From Podarcis muralis (Eukaryota), in contig NC_135667.1 of the NCBI RefSeq assembly GCF_964188315.1, positions 12,400,001-12,464,000 of the forward strand: 64,000 nucleotides of DNA. Reading direction: 5' to 3'. The position numbers and the translations under genes are program-made. The first letter of the stretch is position 1. Each line of letters starts with the position of its first letter. The notes below the pieces were generated by a model, which saw only the letters and a list, made by a program, of their open reading frames with translations, did not search any database and was not told the origin of the DNA. Below are positions 1 to 12,647 of this stretch, piece by piece.

Positions 1-784
1 ATATGGAGAACCCTGTTTTGCGTTGCAACCCCTTGGGTATGGCGTAGATCGTTATAAATATGTTTGTGTCCCATCTTTCCTCTAGGGAGGAGCATGTGAT
101 TATCCCTCTTCCCCATTTTATCCTCACAAAAACCCTGTGAGGTGGTTTAGACTGAGAGGTGGTGACTGGCCGAAGGTCACCCAGTGAGCTCCGTGGCTGA
201 GTGGAGATTTGAACCCCAGTCTTCCTAGTACAGTCGTACCTCCGTTTATGTAACCCTCTGGTTACGTAAACTTTGGGATCCGCGCACGGCAAACCCAGAA
301 CTATTTTACTGGGTTTCGCCATGCGCGCATGCACAGAAGTGGTCCTCGGGTTGCGGAAACCTTGGGATCCGACCGGACCTCCGGAACAGATCCCATCTGC
401 TCTTCTTTTTTTTTTTTGAAATAATTTTTCTTTGATTTTACAAGTATAAAATTATAACAATACAATCATACACATCCAAATTTAAACATTACAGTAGTAC
501 CTTGGTTCTCAAATTTAATCCGTTCCAAAACCAAGTCCGTTCCAAAACTAAAGCATTCTAAAACCAAGGCACGCTTTCCCATGGAAAGTAATGCAAAATG
601 GATTAATCCATTTCAGATTTTAAAATAACCTAAAACAGCGATTTAACGAGACCATTGATCCATAAAATGAAAGCAATAATCAATGTACTGTACAATAAAA
701 TAAATAAGACAGTATTGTAGATGATAAAAATTAAAATAATTTTTTTTTCTTACCTGCATTGCTTTTATCCATTTCCAGAGTCAC

Positions 785-815
<31 letters not shown>

Positions 816-3800
816 GTAGCTGAACTGGGTTCCACACAGTCACAAAAATAAATTAACTTTAAAACAAAAACAAAAGCTTTAAAAACAAAAGCGCCAAACT
901 TAATCCGTTCTGGAAGTCCGTTTGACTTCCGAAATGTTCAAAAACCAAGGCGCAGGTTCTGATTGGTGCAGGTGATCTGGAAACAAAAGCTGACAGCCGC
1001 ATCAGATGTTCAGCTTCTGAAAAACGTTCGAAAACCTCCCCACTGTTCTGCCAGTGTATGAGGGAAGGACCATAGATCAGTGGTAGAGCATCTGCTTCCC
1101 AAGGTTCAACCCTCGGCATCTCCAGGTTGGGCTGAGAAAGAAATTCTGGAGAACCACTACCAAACTTGGCCCTCCAGATGTTTTGGGACTACAATTCCCA
1201 TCATCCCTGACCACTGGTCCTGTTAGCTAGGGATAGCCAAACTTGGCCCTCCAGATGTTTGGGGACTACAATTCCCATCATCCCTGACCACTGGTCCTGT
1301 TAGCTAGCAATGATGGTAGTTGTAGTCCCAAAACATCTGGAGGGCCAAGCCTGGCCATGCCTGGTGTAGACCAACGTTGGGTCTCTAGCTGTTGTTGGAA
1401 TACAATTCCCATCATCCCTGACCTGCTGGCTTTGCTAGCTAGGGATGACGGGAGCTGTAGTCCAACAACAGCTGAAGACCCAGGTTTGGGAAACACTGGT
1501 GTAGACAATAATGAGCTAAATGGCTGGATGGACTGACTTGGTGTCATGCAGCTTCCCATGTGTACACAGTGATTTCATCCTAGGGGGTGGAGAAGAAAGA
1601 CCAACCCGTTTCCCTTGTCACTTCTAATGTCTAACAGCTCACTGGGAACCCCAGAGGCATCTCCACTGCCTATAAAGCACAAGGTCAAATCCGTGAGCAA
1701 CCAGGCAAAGGGCAAGATGCCAGGAGGCCCTGGGTTGTTCCTCACCTGCTCTCCCTCTCTCCCCATCCTCCCAAAGACTTCCGTGGGTACGCCAGCAGCA
1801 GAGTGGAAGAGGACACGCCGCCACCACCGCTAGGTGACCAAGGCATGGAGCATCTCTCGGGATGGAAGAAGGGGATCCAAGGTCACTGCAACTCCTGCTA
1901 TCTGGATGCCACTCTCTTCTGGTAAGGTTGCAGCAGGCAGGTGATGTGATGCAGAGACCAAGAAGTTTGCTTCCTAAGACTGGGGCAGGTGGAAGCCCTG
2001 AATAGATCTTGGAGGAGGAGAGGGAAGGGAAACTCCTTGTGCGAACAGGATGACTATTGGATATCACCCCACAAAAATTATTTCATGTAGATACAGGCAT
2101 GTCCAACAGGCAGATTACGATCTACTGGTAGATTGTGGGGGTGTTGCAGGTAGATTGTGGAATGAAAGTTTAGTGATCACCTTTGGCCAACCCTCCCATA
2201 AAAAAAGCTCAACAACTCCTGGCAATGACAATGAGTAGATCACTGTCAGTCTTTTTATACTGTGAGTAGATCACAGTCTCTTGGGAGTTGGACATGCCAG
2301 AATATCCGCACATATTTTAGAAATCGCAAATCTGTCACTTGGGACCAAAACGTGGATCGGCAAGTTGATTAAACATTTCCGTTCTGACAACCACAGTATT
2401 TGCTGCAGAGATGCCAACCAGATCCAACAATTTTAGCAAGGAGGGATAACTTCTGCATAACTGGACATGTAAACGTTGCATGGCCTTATCTTGGAGGGTG
2501 GTAAAGAGCTTCAGCAAAGCTCTATAATTGCCAGCTTGGAAGCAATATCATTTCATTTTTGTTAGAGCGGCTGATGAAGGCAGAAGCTGAAATGTTTTGC
2601 CTCATTAAGAAAATTGAGTGAGGGTTTTTTTGTTGCTGAAATCACAGAAACCTATATACTAACGTTAGGTAAACGAGCCCTGGATGCTTGAGTCCAGTCA
2701 AAGGTGACTATGGGGTTGCGGCACTCATCTCGCTTTCAGGCCAAGGGAGCCGGCGTTTGTCCACAGACAGCTTTCCGGGTCATGTGGGCAGCATGACTAA
2801 ACCGCTTCCGGCACAATGGGACACCGTGGCGGAAACCAGAGCGCACGTAAACACAGTTTCCCTTCCCGCCACAGCAGTACCTATTTATCTACTTGCACTG
2901 GCATGCTTTCGAAGTGCTAGGTAGGCAGGAGCTGGGACAGAGTAACGGGAGCTCACTCCATCACGGGGATTCGAACCACTGACCTTCTGATCAGTGAGCC
3001 CAAGAGGCTCAGTGGTTTAGACCCCAGCGCTACCCACATCCCCTTTACTAACTTTGTACACACAGAGAGGTAGGTAGATAGATATAAAAGGCTGATTCTG
3101 TCCTCTCTTTGACTTACAAGACATACATATCTTCTTCTCCATTCTCATTCCCTGAACTAAATGCTAGAAGCTGCTCCTAAGAGGTGGCAGGGACAGAATT
3201 CAGACATCTTAATAGCCACACTTTCTCTTTTTCTCGCTTGCAGTATGTTCACTTTTACCTCAGTGCTGGATTCGATGCTGCTGCGCCCAGCAGACAAGAA
3301 CGATGGTCCGTCTTACACTGAAACACGGGATCTGCTGAGAACGGAGATCGTCAACCCTTTGCGCAAGTAAGTTTGTGTCGCCCTAGCCATGGCTAAAATG
3401 CCTCGGCTACTTCCTCCTCATCCTTGGATCAGGCCTATGCCATCAGGAGCCGTATGTAACGGATAGGATAATGTCACAATATGGCATAGTTAAACGGATT
3501 TGACTCTGCGATGATATCGCTGAGGGGAGGTGAAGGCAAAGTTACATTAAGATATATAAAATTGGATGGGTCTTGCAGAAAAACTCTTTGCTTCCCCACT
3601 TTCCCACACTTTGAGTCGCTTCCCAATAAATCCTTTATATTTTCTGCTGGTGAACATGTAATGGAAAAAAAAAAAGAAAATAAGGGGGGAAAGCTCCAGA
3701 AGATGGTTTATCCATTTCTTTGTAAACCTTAAGAAATAAGTACAGGTAAGCAAAGCCTCTTTGACCAAGCCTCTGAGCTACTCAGGTTTCTTCTGAGCCT

Positions 3801-6800
3801 TGTATTCCGTTAAAACGCTCCCATTTCAGTAGAATTCAGAGTGGTTTTGCAGGAACTGTAGCATTGCTTATAAGCATGTGTTACATACTGCTGCTGCTTT
3901 TCCCCGCCGCCACTTTCTCTCTTTCAAAGTCTAACCTGGTAATGACACCACCGTTGTTATTGTTTTGTTTTTTTGCGGGGACAGGAATGGATATGTCTGT
4001 GCCACCAAAATTATGGCCTTGCGGAAGGTTCTGGAGACGGCTGGACACTCCTCTGGCTTCACCCATGAAGAAAAAGGTTTGATGGCAGCCTGTGCAGCGC
4101 TGTGGTGTGCTTGTGTATTGGATAACTCTGTATAACGAATTAGGAAGGGAGACAGATTCTGTGAACCTCAGAGCATTGTTCCCCCATTCTTTGTGCATCA
4201 AACAATCGAGCCCTCAAAGTGCCACATTAAAATCCAGTTCTCAATTGCAGTATAAAACACGTTGCCAGAAAGGATGATGCTCTTAACTCTCAACTTGATA
4301 ACTCAGGCAGCATGATTAGTTAGGGTTTTTTTGCTTGTTTTTAAGAAATTGATGTGACGGGTGGGAAACTGATATGTTTGAATTAAAGGTGTTGCTGGTG
4401 GGGCTTGATTACTTCACGTCCTCTCCCCTCACAGACCCAGAGGAATTTCTCACCCTGCTCTTCCGAGTGTTGAAAATGGAGCCACTCTTCCAGATTCGGT
4501 GAGTAAGGCTTGCCATCCATTTGCTACATGTGTGTATATCTTCTTATAGACATAAAAATGTAAGGTGGTTGTCATGCTGCAGCTCACATGACTGTCAATA
4601 AGTGGCCACTTCCAGCTCCAGCATAAGCACCAACTGGCAGGTGCAGCAGAGGTGGCCAGTGGCCCAGGCACGACTGGAGGGTGGGGAGACACTCCGCACA
4701 GCGTTTTAGCTCCCCACCTCCTTTGAAGGGGAATTGGGGGTGAATTGGGGGAGAGATTGGAGGAAAGCGTAGAGTGAACTATGAGTAGATAGGATAGGTG
4801 GCCCACTTAGATGTTGATGTCTTCTCACCTTTATTTTATCCTCATCCCATGAAGCTCTGCTGGTCAGGACCCCCACGGCTGCATTTTCTACCAGATATTT
4901 ATTGAGGATCACCTGACCCGGACAGTGCCCACAGTCCAGGAGCTTCTGGAGGGGTCTCTGGTCACTGGGGACCTCAAGTTCACAGAGGTGAGTTCAAGGA
5001 CTGGAAAGATGGTTGGGATCAAGTTCCACACCACCATATATGTTGCTGCAAGAGACCATAAACAGGTTCCAAAAACAGAGGTCATCTGTGTTTAGGAGAC
5101 CACATTTGTATGGTGAATGTTATGGAAAGGGCCCTTTCAATAGCTGCCATCCATTCTCCCTCTTCTCCCATTCCCCATTCTTCTTTACTCCCTGGCAGGC
5201 CCCCTCTTGCCTCATCCTGCAGATGCCGCGGAATGGGAAGAACTTCAAGGCCTTTCGCACCATACAGCCCAGCCTGGAACTTGACCTCACTGACCTTCTG
5301 GAAGACAGTAAGTGGTGGTGATGAGAGGCAGAAGTGAAGAGGGAAAAGGGTGGTGGTGGTGGGTTTTTTGGGGGGGAGGGTTAAGAGGGCTATCTCAGAG
5401 GGGATGGTGCATAAAGTATTTGAGAAAGAAAAGAGGAGTGGGAATGAAGATGGATTTGAGGAACCTGTACTTAAAAAAATAAATAAATGGTGTGTCTCCA
5501 TTCCCTCTGGAAGCTAAGCAACAATTTACAGAAAGGATGAGAAGCCATTCTTTAGTCCAAGGGACACATTCCATAGTGCGCAAGATCCTGGGTGCTGGTG
5601 GGTGAGTGTGAGGAAGGAAGGGTGGGTGGGTGTGGGTGTGTGAGAGAGATAATAAATGAATAGACTGGTGGTTAAAAGACCAAAGAAGGTGTATTACTCC
5701 TGGAAAAGAAAGCCACTGCAGGGCTGGTGGGGAATAAAGCCACAGGCATTTGGCTTTTTGCCCCTGGGAGGTTACTCAAAGGAATGTGGCCTTTGGGTTG
5801 GAAAAATGAGTTCCCAACCCCTGAAATAAAGAAGTCTACTTTGGAGGGAGAAAACTGCAAGTGGACAGGAATGGAGAAAGAGGAAACATTACCAAAACAT
5901 CAACAACCCCCTCACTATATTTCAGCCACTTTGAGCTCCTTGGAGAAAACACAAACTTCTGATAATTGAGTTCTAGAAATAAAGTTAGGTGTTTTATCTG
6001 TTTTATCATTTTATCTGTTAGGGAAAAAGGCTTCTTAGTCAAACTTGCAGAACAGAAAGGTTTTTCCAAGAGTTCCAATCCTGGGGGTGGGGTGGGGGAA
6101 GGCATTTTTGGAATGTGTGCAGTGGAAGTGTTTCTAGTTTACCATCGCTATAGTTGTTGTGCGTGTGTGTTTTTAGGCTATTTGCGTCTTTAACCCAAGA
6201 CTTCCACTTCTTTGACTGACCCAAATGTGTCCAATCAACCCATTGCAGGCCCTCGAGAGTGCTGCATTTGCCAAGGGCTGGCTGTGATTGAGTGTCCGGA
6301 TTGCTACCGGGACCACAGCTTCGGCGCTCGCCACATCAAGCAGTTCTGCAAGCTTTGCAGTCAGCAGGTACCGTGGGGTTGGTCACTAGCTTATCAAAGC
6401 GGGATAGAATTTCATTGATTTCATGTTACCTGAGCGAAAATGAGTCATAGTGGGGAGTTGGAGATTGTAGGCTGTCTAGGCCAGTCACCTCAAACCTGGG
6501 AATCTTACCTTTAGCCCAAATATGTGTTGGGTAGTTGAAGAATGTAATCCAGAATGTGGCAGCCAGACTGGTGATTGGGAGCGGCCACCGAGACCATATA
6601 TCACCGGTCCTGAAAGACCTACATTGCTCCCAGTACGTTTCCCAGCACAATTCAAAGTGTTGGTGCTGACCTTTAAAGCCCTAAATGGCCTTGGCCCAGT
6701 ATACCTGAAGGAGCGTCTCCACTCCCATCATTCTGCCCGGACACTGAGGTCCAGCGCTGAGGGCCTTCTGGCAGTTCACTCACTGCAAGAGGTGAGGTTA

Positions 6801-7076
6801 CAGGGAACCAAGCAGAGGGCCTTCTCCGTAGTGTCACCCGCCCTGTGGAATGCCCTCCCATCAGATGCCAAGGAAATAAACAACTATCTGACTTTTAGAG
6901 AACAACTGAAGGCAGCCCTTTTAAGGGAATTTTTCAATGACTGATGTTTGATTGGGCGGCTCCCAACCTAATATAAAAAACACAGAGTGGCTGGGGAAAC
7001 CCAGCCATATGGGCGGGGTATAAGTAAATAAATTATTATTATTATTATTATTTATTATTTATTTATTTATTTATAT

Positions 7077-7111
<35 letters not shown>

Positions 7112-7712
7112 TTATCTTGGGATTGGGCAGCCAAGTGGATTAAGGATAAATTTAATCCGTCAACATGAACAAGCTCAACCTCCAACAAAATATTGCAGCA
7201 CACCCTCGCTTCCTAGCAGGTGTGTTCCTGTTTAGGGTGAAGTCAGTCATGCTCTCCCTCCCAACAGGCCAGTGCGCCATTCAGCATGTGGCCGCTTCTT
7301 CTGAAAGAAGCTAAATTGCCTCTCTCTGCCACCCCCTCTCTTCTCAGAAAACTTTCAAATGCTCCAGTCTTAAGGTATCACTTTAGCGTACTCAGCCCAC
7401 CACATTAACGGTGTGATAAAAGAGTGCCAACTTGGGGTTGGGGATAGACCTTGGAGTCTCTAATTTCAGTCATGCCCTGTGCGATGCCCTCCACCTCTCG
7501 AACTCCATCCTAAATAATAGTAGTGGCACCCACCCTGTGGAACACCATCCCACCAGATGTCAGGGAAATAAACAACTATCTTGACTTTTAGAAGACATCT
7601 GAAGGCAGCCCTGTTTAGGGAAGTTTTTAATGTTTGATGTTTTATCATGCTTTTAATATTCTCTAGCGAGCTGCCCAGAGTGGCTGGGGAAACCCAGCTA
7701 GATGGGTGGAGT

Positions 7713-7749
<37 letters not shown>

Positions 7750-9328
7750 GTCCTGCTGGATTAGGCAAGTGACCCATCTAGTCTAGCTTCCTGTTCCTGC
7801 AGTGGCCAACCAGCTGCCTGTGGAACTGAGCACAAGAGCTCTCTCCTCTCTTGCGGTTTCGGGAATCTCATATCCACACATTCTGTGTGGAAAAGCACTT
7901 TATTTTGCCTGCCCTGAACCTTCCAATATGCAGCTTCGCTGGATGTCCGAGTTTCTAGTACAGTGGTACCTCAGGTTATATACACTTCAGGTTACATACG
8001 ACTCCGCTAACCCAGAAATAGTACCTCAGGTTAAGAACTTTGCCTCAGGATGAGAACAGAAATCGCGCAGCGGCGGCAGCGGGAGGCCCCATTAGCTAAA
8101 GTGGTGCTTCAGGTTAAGAACAGTTTCAGGTTAAGAACAGACCTCCAGAACAAATTAAGTTCTTAACCCGAGGTATCACTGTATTATGAGTGAGGGAGAA
8201 GACTTTCCTTCTTTTTACTACCTCATTTCCTGCCCTCTGTAGGTCCACAAACACCGTGCCCGGCGCAGCCACCAACCTCGCCCGCTGCATCTCCCAGAGG
8301 AGCTTTCCCGCTTGGCCTCCTTGCCGGACTTCATCCCCCGCCAGACCATGCAGCTCTTCGGCGTCCTTTGCATCGAGACCAGCCACTATGTAGCGTTTAC
8401 CCGCCATGGCCCAGATGTCCACCAGTGGCTCTTCTTTGACAGTATGGCTGACCGTGAAGGTGAGTGGCCTTATCCTGCCTGTTTGGAAGAACACCCAGAG
8501 CTACTTCCTGTCATAAACTCGGAAAAAGGGGTGTGGGTAGTGCAGTGCTGTGGTCTAAACCACTGAGCCTCTTGGGCCTGCTGATCAGAATAATAATTGT
8601 TATTGTTGTTATTGTTATTACAGTGGCGCCCCGCAAGACGAATGCCTCGCAAGACGAAAAACCCGCTAGACGAAAGGGTTTTCCATTTTTGAGTTGCTTC
8701 GCAAGACGAATTTCCCTATGGGCTTGCTTCACAAGACGAAAACGTCTTGCGAGCCTTGCGATTTTTTTTCGCCCCCCCCTTTTCTAAGACGCTAAACTGC
8801 TAATAGCCTTTTAGCCGCTAAGCCGCTAAGCCTTTAATAGCCGCTAAACCGCTAATAGCGCTAAGCCGCTAATAGGGTTGCTTTGCAAGACGAAAAAACC
8901 GCTAGACGAAGAGACTCGCGGAACGGATTATTTTCGTCTTGTGAGGCACCACTGTATTTGTTTCCCCAGCCACTCCGAGCGGCTTTCAACAGAGCGTATT
9001 CCCTGAAGGGAGGGGTATAAACTGAACGAATTAATAGTTATTTCCCCCCCATGTAGATACACTTTTTGGGGAGCCTTTTGCTTTCTTTTTCTCCTTGTCT
9101 TCTTCCCCTCCTCCTAACCCTATTGATTTCTTTATTTTTCCAGGTGGGCTGAATGGCTTTAACATTCCCCAAGTCACACCCTGCTCGGAAGTAGCGGACT
9201 ATTTGGCAATGCCCCCTGAGGCACTCCAAGGCCTGGATCCCAAATCCTTGCCCACGTATGCCCGCCGGCTGCTTTGTGATGCCTACATGTGCTTCTACCA
9301 CAGCCCTTCCCTTGGCCTGTACAAATAA
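1..9328 (+). CDS. Ubiquitin carboxyl-terminal hydrolase CYLD-like (CYLD paralog), 3' part; 5' exons lie outside the window
   Basis: Spliced exons with GT/AG sites and consistent phases: <1-36, 1777-1921, 3244-3366, 3985-4076, 4435-4498, 4855-4987, 5199-5307, 6249-6367, 8243-8459, 9144-9328 (TAA). Translation gives [47 protein letters not shown], a B-box (CCICQG..ECPDC..KQFCKLC), [31 protein letters not shown] and [13 protein letters not shown], which are CYLD USP-domain motifs. The catalytic Cys/His/Asp positions are intact. Confidence 0.95.
85..225. mobile_element. Degraded MIR/L2-type SINE fragment
   Basis: tcctcaca..accctgtgagg and gtgactggccgaaggtcacccag..gatttgaaccc motifs typical of core/L2-tail SINEs. 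Confidence 0.45.
231..400. mobile_element. Tc1/mariner (Tigger-like) MITE fragment
   Basis: ta-cagtcgtacct terminus of the same type as the complete MITEs at 7961 and 29603; right end not found. Confidence 0.45.
492..1040. mobile_element. Tc1/mariner (Tigger-like) non-autonomous element, partial; contains an (AATC)n microsatellite near 787-814
   Basis: ta-cagtagtacct terminus; ttaatccgttc motif repeated near 515 and 900. Confidence 0.45.
1062..1560 (+). mobile_element. tRNA-headed squamate SINE split by hAT MITEs
   Basis: Head gggaaggaccatagatcagtggtagagcatctg (A-box) and ggttcaaccctcgg (B-box) at 1062-1160; body resumes gtgtagacaataatgagcta...gcagcttcccatg at 1499-1560. Confidence 0.7.
1160..1498. 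mobile_element. Two adjacent hAT-family MITEs (1160-1363, partly duplicated internally, and 1372-1498)
   Basis: Hairpin MITE bodies (gactacaattcccatcatccctg / gggatgacgggagctgtagtc); TIR ends ggccatgcctg and tttgggaaacactg; each followed by the 8-mer gtgtagac (1364-1371, 1499-1506). Confidence 0.75.
2094..2300. mobile_element. hAT-like MITE
   Basis: Terminal inverted repeat caggcatgtccaac ... gttggacatgcc(a)g; no clear TSD. Confidence 0.55.
2666..3043 (-). mobile_element. Sauria SINE
   Basis: Reverse complement of the head gggatgtgggtagcgctggggtctaaaccactgagcc, central gtgcaagtagataaatagg and 3' gactggactc region; similar to copies at 23156, 32520 and 51096. Confidence 0.85.
6530..7115 (+). 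mobile_element. L2 LINE 3' fragment with (TTA/ATTT)n tail
   Basis: ORF 6522-6944 contains [27 protein letters not shown] and [15 protein letters not shown], the typical L2 ORF2 C-terminus. Confidence 0.85.
7530..7750 (+). mobile_element. Shorter L2 3' fragment with (TTG)n tail
   Basis: Similar to 6836-7020 (ccctgtggaa..ccatcagatg..ggaaataaacaactatct..gagtggctggggaaacccagc). Confidence 0.8.
7961..8181. mobile_element. Complete Tc1/mariner MITE
   Basis: TIR cagtggtacctc ... gaggtatcactg flanked by TA on both sides; inverse copy at 29603-29811. Confidence 0.85.
8621..8954. mobile_element. Complete Tc1/mariner MITE with internal ccgctaa repeats
   Basis: TIR cagtggcgcc ... ggcaccactg with TA TSD; preceded by a truncated Sauria SINE head near 8530-8590. 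Confidence 0.8.
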
Positions 9329-10752
9329 TACATTCCCGGGTGAAGAATGTGAGGTTCCAGGAGATGAAAATACAGAATTATAGGACTCCCATGCCTGGAC
9401 AGGTTATGCTGTAGATGTGGCTGGGAACCTGAGTCTCAAACCAGAGTTGTGCGGATTCCCAGCCCGCAACAAACAGTGTGGAAATGTGCGCTATAGGTTC
9501 ACAGAGCCCACTTCCTGCTTCAGGAACATTCTCTGCCCTGATTGGCTTGCAGTAATCCCTACCTGGATTGGATGCATTGCACACTGTTTTTTAGAGACAA
9601 ACTTCTTAATTTAGGTTGGGAGTGGCGGTGTTTTCTCTCTCGTCCTTTTCAACCCAAGGGTTACATTTCCTCATGGGCAAATTTTCTGGGGCCACATGTC
9701 TGTGGTTAGGCAAAAGTAGTTGGAGCACTTTTCTCATTCACAAAAAAAATTTTTTTGCCATGCCTTGGAGGTTACTACACACACACTCACACTACTCGTG
9801 TGAGAAGCAGCCTCAGAAATTCAGAAGTGCATTCCAGACAGTAAGAAGCACATGAGGGAGTGAAACCTGGCCAATGAGGGTTATGGCTTGGGAGATGTAA
9901 TTCAGCCTTAGAAAAAGACACGGCCTGGTGGGGGCATCTTGAGGGCCATATCTAGGACCAGAGGACCGCATTCAGCCATTGGGCCTGAGTCCTGTCCCTT
10001 CTGATTTAGACAAGACATCACTGGAGTCTTTCCCCTCGCTCCAGAGTATTGGTGGTAGCTACTCTACATGGACAGAAAAACTGCTTTTCACCCCTTCAGA
10101 CCAGGAACAGGGCGTCTGTGGTCCGTCCAGATGTTGTTACTCTAATTCCCTTCATCCCCAGTCATGGACTTGCTGGAGCTGATGGGAGTTTGAGACCAGC
10201 AACATCTGGAGGGCCACAGGTTCCTCACAGCTGCTTGAAACATTCCACTGACAGAGGCACTTTGTGTGTCAGTGACTTCTGTTTGCTACCTGTGGCCACC
10301 TCCATGCTCTCCTCCTTCCTGCCCACTTTGAATAGTGTGTATTCATCGATCCTGAATTACTGTATTGTGAAGGACACCCTCGTGCCACACAAACCTGTGT
10401 GAACCTTGCTGTCCTAGCTGGTGGACGTTGACCAAGTCTTCCCGCTATCTGAAGTTCAGGTGAGAACTGACTGGAGGGCGTCTTTCACCTGTGGCGCTTC
10501 ATAATTAGAATTCCCTCTCCAAAGAAGCTTGCCTGGTACCACTTTTGTCCTCCCAGCACTAGGCCGAGGCAGAATTGTTCAGGTATCCCAGCATTTTGTG
10601 TAGCTGGGGTTTCAGGTTTCTGTGCATTTTTTATTGTTGTTGTCGTGTAAAGGCCAACATTTTTGTACTGTACATTTGAATTTCAATGTATTTGTGTGCA
10701 TTGCTTTCAAGGCATGCTAGCCTGGGAGCTTTTGCTGGTTTATAAGCTTTAA

Positions 10753-10758
10753 AATAAA
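10753..10758 (+). promoter_or_regulatory. Candidate polyadenylation signal of the CYLD-like gene
   Basis: AATAAA ~1.4 kb after the stop codon, followed by T-rich sequence; not verified by transcript data. Confidence 0.4.
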
Positions 10759-12647
10759 CACATAGCCATCTCTGCCTTCTGAAGTGTTTCTATTATTTAA
10801 TTGGCTGTGGCTGTTTCCTTATGAGTATTTAATAGAACTAGTGTGACCTGCAAGCAAAGACTGTGTCTTGCCAAATGCAAGGTGGTTCTTTTGTTTAGGA
10901 TTCAGAAGCAATATGAAACACAAGTGGGTGAGAAGAGGATTTTATTCCTAAATAGCAAGCAAGCAATACATATATATACACACATACCAAGACATGCAGT
11001 TCTATCTGTCACTTGGAAGCCCTCAGAGAAGTGGTGAAGTGACTCCCCCAGGTAGCCTTGGATTGCATTGCCCTGCAGCCAATCAGTCTGTGCACGAGCT
11101 TCTAAGTTTCTCTGCTCAAACCATCTGATTTTTATAGAGAGCCACCTCCTTTCAATGCCCTCCCTCCGGTAACAATTTCCGACATCAGAGAAGGTTCCCA
11201 GCATTGTTTTCCTAGACTGATTCAGGTAGTTGTGAGGGGGCTTCAACTGTTTTCAACTGATTTTGACACTGGAGAAGGTTCTCATACCTTCAAAAACTTA
11301 GCAACTGCAAGGGAGGGGGAAGGAGCAGAGGCAGGAAGGGTAACCATGTTAGAATCACTACCTCCTTGATATACAATTGGTCTTCCGGTTGGGTTTTCCC
11401 ATACAGACTGCAGTCTGGGCTGTTGCTGATTGCTGCGACTTCTCCCTTCACCCAGTTTTCCATTCCCCAACTCACCCTTTCCTCTCAGTCATGCTCTGCA
11501 GGTTTTGCATAGATTGGAATTTCCTCCAAACTGCAAGCGGTATTTCGGTACAATGCTTGGTTTTAATTATGCCTTTAATTCTGAGCAATACGACAATATA
11601 TTTGCTTAACTCTGTAGACTCCGTTCCAGTACAGTTGAACGATCTGGATGATACCATCATAATAAGTGTGATAACATTGTGACATCATATTACAGTCATA
11701 CCTTGGATCTGGAAACGGCTCAGTTGCCGAACGTTTTGGTTTCATTCTTTATATAGCATGAATATTTAACACATGTATGTTTGAAGAGAGTTTATGCCCC
11801 CTAAGGAACCAGGTTTTATCTTCTGCTATTTATGCATTACTATATCTAATCTATTTCCTAGAATTGAGCTCCATATTTTAAAGTCCTGATTCAGGAGTGC
11901 TATAAGATAGTACCACTTGATTTAGAAGGATCTTTATTTATTACCACTATTCTTGCCATTTCCCATATTTGAGGAAAAACATGACTTACCATAATTTCAT
12001 TTAATGTCTCTAACAAAGAGTGTTTTAATTCATTCAAAAATTAGTTATACTACTCAGCTGTGAAACTATCTTATCTGGGGACTTTGCATTTTTAAAACTG
12101 ATTGACCACTCTGTGGAGTTTAGAGATTGTTATAGGAGATTGAAGTTTATCAGATTCAGATTGGGTTAGACATGGAAATTTAATTTTCCATATTTTTTCA
12201 TACTTTCTCATAGATTTTTTTTATAAAAAAAATCATTTGCAACATCTTCAGATCTTGCAATCAACTTATCCTCATTGGTCTTTAGATTTTGGACCAAAGT
12301 ATTACGTTGTTTCTGTTTTAACAAATATAAGAGTTAGCCAGCTTTGTTTCCTTTTGCAAAGGAAAACTGTCTTATGAATGGTTCTCTGAGTTACAATGGA
12401 ATGGATTTCTTGCATTTTGGAGAATTTAAGGAGAAGCCCTCCTGCGGAAGGCAGTGACCAACTGGGTAAGTCAGGGATAATATTATAATACCGCACCGCC
12501 ACTAGTCCAGTGTGTGAACAGATGAGCAGAGAATCAGTACTCTCTCAATCCAGCAACTGTGATTTAATAGTCATGGCAAGTGACTGACAAACCCCTGGGA
12601 CAACGGCAGGACTGATTAAGAAAGACACCAGTGCTAAACTTTGCCAT

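Noticed and set aside
6522-6944. 140-aa ORF within the CYLD-like gene as an extra exon
   Set aside because: It is the L2 LINE C-terminus; the flanking exons join in frame without it
1-9328. Calling the gene the true CYLD ortholog
   Set aside because: The protein looks much more diverged from CYLD than expected for this conserved gene and the neighbourhood is different; treated as a paralog pending phylogeny
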